From the human T2T-CHM13v2.0 reference genome, Homo sapiens, in the NCBI RefSeq assembly GCF_009914755.1, contig NC_060945.1: DNA of 64,000 nt; one strand, given 5' to 3'. The notes under the pieces were generated by a model that did no database searches, was not told the DNA's origin, and was given only the letters and a program-made list of their open reading frames with translations. This document shows, one piece after another, positions 54,180 through 64,000 of the stretch (positions within the stretch are counted from its first letter, which is position 1; every line of letters begins with the position of its first letter). Made by a program: the position numbers and the translations under genes.

Positions 54180-54640
54180 CTGTTCATTGAAGTCCTTTGT
54201 CACCTTCCTCTGTGATAAGAGTTGTAACTAGAATACAGTTACCCGGAGAAAGACTATATTTTTTAGTCCCGCTTGAAGCTATGTTTGACCAATTAACTAA
54301 ATTATTGCCAGTGGAATGTGAACAGAAATGGTGGGTACTAATTCTGCTCCTGAGTCTTAGAAAATTGAACATATGTTATTCCATGTCCTTCTGCCCCTTT
54401 TATGGAACATAGCTTTGAACCTTCAGATAAGGACAATGCTCAAGGAGGTGAAAAAGTAAAAATATGCAAAGAAACTGGGCCCTAAAGGATTGCGTAGACT
54501 GGGGGAGTCTCCTGTGAAAGTATCTGGCTTATTGTAGAATTTATATGTGGCATCAGAAAACAAACAAACAAACAAAAAAAAATGATGTTTTCTTTAAACC
54601 GTTTATTTTGGGGTCTCTTTGTTCTTTATATTAGCTAATG
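54180..54640 (+). mobile_element. Old MLT1-type LTR remnant
   Basis: gccagtggaatgtgaacagaaatg...tttggggtctctttgtt. Confidence 0.5.
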
Positions 54641-55391
54641 CATTACTCAATAGGCAGGGATGTTTCTATCCCCTGAAGCCACAGCAATTATCTCAAAGAA
54701 ACTTTATTCTCCTCACCAAGCAAAGGAGGTTAGGGAGCACAGAGTTGATTAATGCGTGCTTCCAGTCTGGGCATAATGGAACAGCTCATTAAATACATTG
54801 TTGAACTGTTGGTAGCAGACATTTGAGAAAACAGCATAAAGGTTATAAAGGTTGCTTTTTTTTTCCCCCCTACCAAATGGAAATCTTATTGCTTTGAAAG
54901 TAATTTAAGATGAGCTTTAAATCTCAAAAGTGCAATGATTATACCTACATAATTTCCATGTTTATGGATTCAAACACAAATACTCTGGTGGTAAGGATGG
55001 GAAATTAACATCCTTATATCTGCCATCAATTTCATCTAATATCATGATGACCGTATGGTTTTGGAATTATCAGTCTAATGTAAAATTGACAAAAATGAAA
55101 CTCATTTTTTGACAATGGAGATAATAATGATAATAGCAGAAAAGGGAGAAAAGTATAGAGAAAGGTAAAGGAAGAAAAAATGTGTATGATTGCATCTAAC
55201 GCAAAAGAAAATCAAAGAATAGACATACAATTGCTTATTTGATAAAGAAGGATCCCAGTCATACAGTTGCTTGAGGGTGGTAGAGGAAACAACACCTGGT
55301 GGCTGTATGTTCTTGGACTGTTATGTCAGATCTCCAAAAATAGCTTCTTGAATAGTTGTATTAATAAAATTTGGAAGTTTGCCATAGCCAT

Positions 55392-56472
55392 TGTATTAGT
55401 TTCCTAAGGCTGCTGTCATTTATCTCAAACTGGGTGGCTTAAAATAACAGGAATGTATTCTCTCATTGTTCTGGAGGCTAGAAGTCCAAAATCAAGGTGC
55501 GAGCAGAGCCATGCTCCCTCCAGAGCCTGTAGGGAAAGATTCTGCCTTTTGTCATCAAGCTTCTGCTAGTCCCAGGCATTCTTTGGCTTGGGGCAGCCTA
55601 ATTCCAATCTCTGCCCCCATCTTCACAGCTGTCTCCTTCTGTCTGAGTGCCTTTGTGCAACAAGAGAGTTCCCTGACCCCCTCGCAGGACATGTGACACG
55701 GGTGTGGCTCGTCTGTTCAGCCGCTGCGCATGCTCAAACCCCTTATGGGAGGGGAAGCACACAGACGGGCAGGTGCAGGAGCCTGGGCAAGCACTTTTTG
55801 GGCTCCAACCCCACGGTGACATCTAAGGGTGGGTGCCGGCAACTCCCAATAGTGCTCTTTTATTTCTGCCATCTGCAGACGACTTGTGTTAACCAGCTCA
55901 GTGCCCTCTTAGTACCCAGGTTCTTGTCCGGCATCCAGGAACAATCAGGTCACACACGGACTTGAAGGATAGTGAATGCAGAGGTTTTATTGAGTGGTGG
56001 AGGTGGCTCTCAGAGAGATGGATGGGGAGCTGGGAAAGGGATGGAATGGGAAGATGATCTTCCCCTGAAATTTGGCCATCCAGTGGCTGATCTCTTGGAC
56101 TATCCCCAGCTGCGCTTCTCTTGACGTTCAGACATTCCTTCCCTTCTCTCCTTCTCTGCTGCACCAATCCGCCTAAATAGGAATGTCTATTCCTATTTAG
56201 GGCCGTGGGTTTCCAGGCTTGGGGTTGGGGCCTTTGCTGGGGAACTGCCCTCTTCTACCCTGTACTTCCCTGTTTCCTGTGTGTGTCATCTGCATCTTAA
56301 CATGAATGTCTCCCCTCTTCTGATAAAACATCAATCATACTGGGTTAAGGGTCCACCGTGCTCCAGTATGTCCTCATCTTAATGCAACTAACTGCATCTT
56401 TAATGACCCTTTTTATAAAGGCTTAGGACTTTAACATATCTTTTTATTGGAGAAATGATTCAACCTATGGCA
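55392..56472 (-). mobile_element. MLT1C-like LTR interrupted by an ERV1 LTR
   Basis: tgtattagtttcctaaggctgc...ttctggaggctagaagtccaaaatcaaggtg; resumes after 56288. Confidence 0.82.
55656..56288 (-). mobile_element. ERV1 solo LTR (LTR1/LTR27/LTR28 group, tentative)
   Basis: TG...CA ends; the minus strand starts TGACACACACAGGAAACAGGGAAGTACAGGGTAGAAGAGGGC; imperfect 4-bp TSD TTTG/TCTG. Confidence 0.75.
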
Positions 56473-57836
56473 TAATTAGTAGCAAATTAATTTTCCCAAA
56501 TGAAATATAATATTCTACTAAGATTGGTCTATTTTTAGTTCTTCTGATTCTTCTATTTTAAAAGAACTGAAAAAAATCCTGACTTTATAACACACTAAAA
56601 ATAATTATTAAAATACGTAACTGAGAGTTAAATCATCTTGTTTTTATCTTAAAATAAAGGCAAAAATGTGTCAAAATTCAAAAAGACTGTTTTCATTGCC
56701 CATTCAGCAAACTCTGTATCTGTAAGCTTTCTTTCTTTCCTAGAAATGGCATTAAGCATTGAATGGGCCAAAAAAAAAAAAAAAAAAAGGTAAATAAAAA
56801 GACTTGGACACTTTACAATCAAATTGCACTTGGCAAAGGAAAGAACTTCAATATGCTTTTTAGAAAGATCTTGTGTATAGAATCATACCCATAATATACA
56901 GTCATTAAAGCTGTCAAAGTCACAAATAAAAATCCAATTATAATAAATTAGTTTATATTTCTTAAAGATTTTAAAAATTGATTTCTAAATAAAGCAATCC
57001 AAAATATCTCATAAAAATCTTCCAACATTTATAAAATAACAGCAGATTGTTTTACCGTATTGGTCTTTATGTATTGTATTTGACCATTCTTCCTCTGTTT
57101 GTCTTTTACAGGGGCTTTGAAATAAAAGATCTTCTATTTCTTATTCTGTTTCCCAAAACAGCTTTATTTGTGTGAGAACCAGTGAAGAATTGGGCAAACC
57201 TTCTTTTTCATGAAACTAGTAAGAAGTTTGACAGTCTGGCTGCTAGCCTGAATTTTATGGCACAACTGTACTTATAAAGATAGAATTTCAATTACACAAA
57301 TCACCTTGGCACTGTCTTTTTAAAAGAGAACAGTTTATCCCCCTCATATTTCAGTAATATTCTTCTGAATTAGATCTATGCTACCAAAACCAAATCAAAA
57401 GCTACATTACATGCCACATTATAAAAGATCAGGCTTTATAAGAGATTTGAGTTTCCTCAAATGAAAGAACAGGCTACCTTACTAATTGTGTTAAGGATCT
57501 AGAAAACAAGGAAACATTCTTGACTCTATCTTGCTTACTTCCCTAATATTATAATTAAAGACTAGAATAGTAAATAAGCTCCTTAAGTACAAGCAATAAA
57601 TAGGATCAACTGTAAAACCACAATTTCACTACAAGACGACATTCCTTTTTTAAACAGTTTTTTTCTCTACATCTTATGTCAGTAAATAACAATGTATTGT
57701 CTTCTTGAGAGCTATAATATGACTTCGTTTTCTACCAATTTCCTTTGTAATGTCCTATAGGGAAAGGTATCTTTCAAATTCAAATCCCCAGCGTAGCTCT
57801 TGGCATATGTTAGATGTTCAATAAATGTCTGCAGTG

Positions 57837-58213
57837 TGCTATGGGTTGAATGTTTTTGTCCTCAGACCCCAAATTCATTTGTTGAAACATTAAGTCCCAA
57901 TGTGACGGTATTTGGAGGTGGGGCCTTTCGGAAACATTTAGCCCATGAAAGGGGAGCCCTCATGAATGAGATTAGTGCCTTCATAAGAAAAGACATGAAA
58001 GAGACAATCTGTCTCTCTTTCTCCCATGTGAGGATACAGCAAGAAGGTGGCTGGCTGTCTTCAAACCAGAAATAGAGCTCTCACCACACACTGAATCTGC
58101 TGGCACCTTGATCTTGGACTTCCCAGGCTCTCGAACTGTAAGAAATAAATGTTTGCTGTTTAAGTCACCCAGGCTATGATAATTTGTTATGTCAGCCAGA
58201 GCTAACTAAAACA
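57837..58213 (+). mobile_element. MLT1A-type solo LTR
   Basis: Similar to 5437-5813; flanks CAGTG/TGGTG fit a CpG-decayed CGGTG TSD. Confidence 0.88.
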
Positions 58214-60244
58214 TGGTGTAAATGAGAAACCAAGGAAATTAAAAGGGAGAAAACACCAGCCAGTGATGGAGTTTTACGGTGGTGACCAAAGCAGGCACTA
58301 TCATCCACACAGTTCAAGTTTCCTGTAGCTGCCTTACTGATCCTTGCTCTATACCAGTGGCTATGTATTGACAAACAATATCTGTATCAGAGAGGATCTC
58401 CCTTGCAATATTAGATATTTTTTTGCAAATATTGAAGGTGATTTCGAAGCACATTCTTGAAATTTTCAAAATCCATTTAGAAATTATCAGATTCTCTTTA
58501 AGAAAAGTAAATTAAGGTGTGGTGGTCTCCTCTGGCATGAGACCTTTATAACTCTGTACTTTCTCTGACTAGTACTGAAACCATCATTTTTAGTAATATC
58601 TCCTTCTGTATCATGAACCATGCACACAAGACCCTAGGCTTGCCATTTTGTGGACTGCTGCTTTTTTTTTTTTCTTTTGTAATCCTTGACTTCAGACTAA
58701 TTCACATTCTGTCCACTCTTATGTTGCTGCACGAATGCCTTCCCTGCTACTAGCGGATGACTTTTCTGTTAGTTGACCCTGCAGAAACACTTTACTGCCT
58801 TTTTGCTACAAAGCAGGACAGGATAATATATCTCAGTCAAAATATCTCATTTCTCCCTGCTGAATGTATCTGAAAATTCATGTTTCCATCAACACCTGCT
58901 GAAACACCCACTTGGAGAAACACTGAAGATGTCCTTATTGAGAAAACGTTTGTGGCTAAAACTATGTCCTCCCTTTCCCATGTATAGTTCACTGGGGAGG
59001 GTTTCAAGGCCAAGGAAATTCAGGCTTCCCAAATGTATCCTAATGAGGTCATCTTTGACATGTTCTCCAAAAAACTCCCATGGATTGCTTCCGAATTGTT
59101 GCACTAACCAAATCTGTCATTTGCTACTAACTTCTATAGCTGCAATTCGAACACGTAAGGTAATGTTTTTAATGATCATAAAGCTTAGAAATTAGGTAAT
59201 CAGCCTAAGTCAACTTTAACATGCATACTATATAGTTTTCCCCCAAGCTTTGATACCAAATATCTTTATTTCATGCCAGGAGATATAATCAAAACATAAA
59301 GGGAAAGTACTCTTTTATTATTATTTTTAATCTGTGCATCATTTCTTTTAATTGTGCTTTGTGTTTTTTTAAAGTGGTAACTTCACTTTTGATGTTATAT
59401 TCTCTGGAAATATCATTTTGACGTTTTAAACAAGTATTCAGGTGACTTTACTAATTGCTGTTCTTTTTCTCCTTTAAAGTATGGGATTATTTAAAGTCAA
59501 TTATTCCTCCCTATTATTTGAAATAAAAAATTGTGATGCAGGAAACATTCTTAGTTTTCAATATAAAATTCAATTTCCATAAAATTCCCTGCAAGAAAAC
59601 GTTTAGTGTTATACCATTGTTTAACAAAATATATTTAAATAATAATTCAGTTAAATCTGTTTTTAGCTTAAAGGATACTTTTTTCATGAAGTAGAGCTAC
59701 CTTTTAACCACTTTAATAGTAGCCAATGAGAAAGAAATAAAGTAACATAATATTTTGAAAAATATAATTACTTACATCCAACCTTTAAGAACAATAAAAT
59801 CTTGGTGCTAAACCAAAACAGTTCAATATTCACTCTATGATATCTCTTGGTAAGAGACTTCTTTTCAAGATTTGCCAATGCCTAAAAATCTTGAGTTCAA
59901 ATGATCCTATGGAGAAACAATTTTATATCAAATTATTTTAATGAGCAGTATTTACTATATGATCTTCAGTTACATCACTTCTGCAACTACGGCACAGATC
60001 CGTAATTGAAAAACAAAAGAGCTCTAATGTGTGAGTTCACACTCTAAATCGGACTTTCTCTATACAAAGCATGAAGGTCTTAGCCAAAATCATTCTAGGG
60101 TTTTTAAATGAGCACATAGTTCAAAGAATGTCAGAGAATGCCCAGTTCTCTGCAGCTTGAACTCCTCACTGCTGCCCCGTATGATGCAAATAAATGGTCT
60201 AGCTCAGGGCTGCTTCAGAGGCTGACTATAGCCTGAGAGAGGGT

Positions 60245-60450
60245 TAATAATCATAAGAACAACAAGGATCTGGGCTGAGTTCTTACTGATTATCCTTAAT
60301 TTTCCTAATAATCTATTGAAGCAGATGTCACTTCATTTTAGGAATGAGGAAATTACAGTTTGAAAAATGAAAGTAATGGTTCAAAACTATCCAGGTAGCA
60401 AGTGCACAAGTTATCATTTGATTGTAAAGTCCATGTTCATAAAACATCTC
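60245..60450 (-). mobile_element. MIR
   Basis: ttcattttaggaatgaggaaatt core. Confidence 0.55.
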
Positions 60451-61099
60451 ATATTATTCTAGCTCAACTTTGGAGGAATAGGCTGCTGTGGGCTTGAAAC
60501 TTAACTGGAAAAACTTAGTTGGCTCGATTCTGAGAAATATGATTCTGCCTTTTTCCTTAGTCTTCCTTCAACACCTTGCCTTGTCTCATCCCAGTCTTGA
60601 CATTCTGCATAGAGCCAAGTGAGTTAAAAGAGACTTCCTTGATGTTTCCTCACTTCCTGCTTCTCAGCACATATTAAAGTCACTTCCTTAATGCCCTCCA
60701 TGTTCTCCCTTTGTGCTCCATTTCTTTGTGTTAGAACAGTAAGAGAGCACATGCTTGGTGGTACTCAGATTTCTTTTCTGAACCCACATTACTCAAAATA
60801 CTGTTTTCTGATTTCTTAGATGGATTTATTCTAAGACCCACAACTGAATCTTCTGAACCCCAATCATTCTCACTGGCCAAACTGTAAAGTGAAATGTCAT
60901 AATCACTTATGAGAGCAAACAATAACTGATTGTTATAATTAATTTTCTTGTGTAATCACACAACGACTACTGAAAAGATAATAGAAAGGTAGTAGTGATT
61001 ATTATACAATAGCAAAAAGAAAGATTATTGCCATTACTCTGGTCCTCATTACGTAGCCTATGAGATGTAAATCATCTCCTGTATTATCACCCTGATGAG

Positions 61100-61420
61100 A
61101 ATCTTTTATCTATTTAATAATTTAAAAAAAGTTATTGAGCCCCCTCTTCTTGCCAGGGACTGTTCTGGGTGCCAGGGATACATAAAAGAACAAGATTTGC
61201 CTTCCAGTATTTCACATTTCATTTGGTATGGAAAGGGGACTGAGGAGTAGCAATTATACATAAATAAGTAAACAAAAAATGGATAATAAGTTCTATTGTT
61301 CAATTAAAATTTAATTTAAAAGACATTATAGAGAATGACTAGTTCTGAAAAGATCTTTTTGGTAAAGTCAGATTCAAGCTTATTTCTGAGTGACAAAAAG
61401 AAGCTAGTTAAACAAACACT
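61100..61420 (-). mobile_element. L2 fragment
   Basis: ttattgagc...tgccagggactgttctgggtgccagggataca. Confidence 0.65.
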
Positions 61421-62029
61421 ATTGGCATCCCATTACCATTTGTACAACTGGATCTTTACCAAGAATATTAGTGAGTCAGCAAAGAGTTTTTAACGAGTAT
61501 CTTAAAATTTATGTGAAATATCTCTGAAAATGAAACTTCCTGTGGGAATTCCATTGAAGACGTCACCAAACCTACCTCCTTCTTAACTGTGGTGAACTAG
61601 AGTTCTTCTTCCAGATTGGGGTGATATTAACTATAGATTATCCCTCTCTGTGTGTGTAGGCATGGGGCAGGGGGCAGGCAGATGTAGTTATTAATGAAAT
61701 AATGTGATAAATAAACACATCACAAAAGAATATACCTGCTGATTTATGGTACTTTTTAAACCATATCACTTAAGACTATGTACTTGTAGAAACGCCTGTG
61801 ATGTTTAATTTGATAGAAGTACCTACTTCCGGATTTTGACCGTTCTCAGTCTTCTTATTCTTGGTGCATTTAGACTGTATCTGCCTTATTCAAAGATATG
61901 ACAAAGGCCATAAATGCTGAGGTGTGGATAATAAAATTATTCCTGAAAAACAACCTCTGATTATCTTAGACTTTGTAAAGTTAAAATAGCGATAGTGGCT
62001 TCTATTTTGTTATTCCTAAAAGAATAATA

Positions 62030-63262
62030 ACTACAATCACCCTGACTTTCTGCTCTGGGGCACTTTTTCATCAGGGTGCAAGGAGGAGAGCCCAAACAAA
62101 GTATGCATCCTGGCTAAGAAAAGAAGACAAAACTTAGTGTGTTGGGGGGCTGATGCCGCTAGGATTTGTCAGGCAGACTAGCAGAGAAGAGAGCTATAGA
62201 GAAATCTGCAGAGCACTTCAGAAAAGAGAGCTATACAGAAATCTACAGAGCATTTCAGAAATCTACATAGCACTTCAGTTTCTTTGAGTCTGTGGCTAGA
62301 TATTAATCTGCATATGCATGGAGTGAAACCCCATTAGAACAGACAAAGAATTACCAGGGATCCTTAATGTGATCAAATCCCAGAATTTAAACAGGACAAC
62401 GATGCGTGAGTTCTGACCAGCCAGATTGCAGTGATTTTAGTGATTATCAAGGTTATTCAGTAGAAATTCCAGAAGCATAACATCTTGGTTGTAATACCTA
62501 GCCTGAAAGGATTTTTTAGCTCCACCTTAATAAAGCTTAAAAACAAGCTTTAAAATAATCAAGGTAAACAAGCAATTTACCAAAATCAAATTTAACATTC
62601 TTTGAAGGAAGAAAATAAAATGTAGACATTCAACAATTTAACATATACAATGTTCAGAAGTGAATACAACTTTCTAGGTATTCCAAGAAACAGAAAATAT
62701 AATTTATAATCAGGAGAAAAATTAGTAATAAAACATTCCCAGAAATGATAAGAATGATGATACTATCAGATAAGAACAGGCAAACTGCCAAGAATGTAAA
62801 GAAAGACAAAATGAGAAGTGAAATGGACATAATAAGAAGTGAAATGGAATTTGTTTTAAAAAATAAAATGGGAAGACCAAATGTAATTTCTAAAGGAGAA
62901 TCTGAAATGCAAATTTTGCTGGATGGGATTAACAGAAGATTAAAGGCCAAGAAAAGATCAATGAACTTCCAGTCAAGCAATAAAAACCAGTCAAACTGGA
63001 GCACACAAGAGAAAAAGCCCCAAAGAAAAGTTTAACAGAGCCTTCATAATAAGACCTGTGGGACAAGAACATACAGAAGATTGGAATCCAATGATGTGTA
63101 GTCAAAAGAATAATTTCTAAAGAGGGAATAGACAAAAGTTTTCTTTAAAAAATAAGCTCTAAAAAAAACCCTATACAGTCAAGATTAATGAACTCAAGTA
63201 AGATAAAGATCAAGGAAACCACTCTAAGACATATCTTATCAGATTTCTGAAAACCAGTAATA

Positions 63263-63301
<39 letters not shown>

Positions 63302-63570
63302 ATGTCAGCCAAAGGAAAAAAAATACACTGTACCTACAAGGGAAGACTTTTAAGAATAACTACAGACATTTAGCTTTTAAAAAGTGAAAGTAATGTGGTT
63401 GAAATTGAAGAAGAAAATATTCTAAGCAAAAGAAACCAGACACAAAGAAATATACTGTCTATTTTTATGTAAATCAAATTTTAAAATGGGCAAAAGTAAA
63501 TTTAAAAAGATCAGTGTTAGTCCCTGAAGTGGGATAATTCAAAGCAATGATTCAGAAAGAAAATTTTTGA
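62030..63570 (+). mobile_element. Decayed ancient L1M 5'/ORF1 region
   Basis: A-rich strand; ggatgggattaacagaagattaaagg...gaaaagatcaatgaact resembles the L1 ORF1 coiled-coil region; many stop codons. Confidence 0.65.
63262..63303. repeat. (TAAA)~10 microsatellite
   Basis: Read directly. Confidence 0.95.
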
Positions 63571-63572
63571 CA

Positions 63573-64000
63573 TATGAAAGGAAAATAAATCTTGGGACCC
63601 CAAACTCACTAAGCCAAAGAGTAAAGTCAAGGGGAAAGCTGGGTCATGCAAACCTGCCTCCCACTTGGTTCCTAAATAATATGACTACAAAGGTAAAAAG
63701 CTACATATATCCCTCACAACTTTCCCACATGGAAATTCTTTGTGGGCTCCAACATCTTTATCCTAAAGCATTTCTGTGAATTTGACCCTGGCAATATAAA
63801 TTGATAGTTTACCTTCACAAGGGCGGGACAAAGGATAGAGCTCAAAGTCATCCCTCTGCTCACCTGAGACAAATGAGTATCTGACTGCTTCCTCTGCCAT
63901 ATTATCTAAGTTATCTTACATAAAATTACCAATTCACTGAGCCAGATGAAGGCATGAGTGACTATTTCCTCTACTCTCCTCTCTCATGAAAATTGTATAT
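63573..64000 (+). mobile_element. MER4-group ERV1 LTR, running off the window end
   Basis: tgaaaggaaaataaatcttgggaccccaaactcactaagccaaag matches the MER4 5' end. Confidence 0.82.

Noticed and set aside
62654-63135. 96-116-aa ORFs with coiled-coil or hydrophobic appearance
   Set aside because: These are remnants or antisense frames of decayed L1 ORF1 sequence.

Overview
This is primate genomic DNA, most likely human, and AT-rich outside one CpG island at about 32850-34130. The island holds the first coding exon of GRIK1 (kainate receptor subunit GluK1/GluR5) on the minus strand: ATG at 33397, 118 coding nt (MEHGTLLAQPGLWTRDTSWALLYFLCYILPQTAPQVLRI-G), and a GT donor at 33279. The supplied ORF track does not show this exon. 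Positions 1-33279 are therefore the start of intron 1, and about 34100-64000 is upstream intergenic sequence. The rest is mostly ordinary interspersed repeats (Alu/FLAM, L1, L2, MIR, MaLR/ERV solo LTRs, MER20/MER30), and I see no other protein-coding gene. I cannot support a new multi-gene system here. The least-explained structures are: (1) an intronic rearrangement at 27.7-28.9 kb with ~85-bp inverted arms around a 131-bp core that is recopied 519 bp away, next to a tandem duplication; (2) a stack of uORFs in the GRIK1 leader; (3) a Z-DNA/G4/TATA-like promoter module; (4) a candidate ancient L1 3' transduction; (5) a trimeric FLAM-FLAM-FRAM Alu; and (6) a perfect palindrome forming twin CArG boxes in an LTR. 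Repeat subfamily names come from memory of consensus sequences and need RepeatMasker/Dfam confirmation. Identity values are hand counts.
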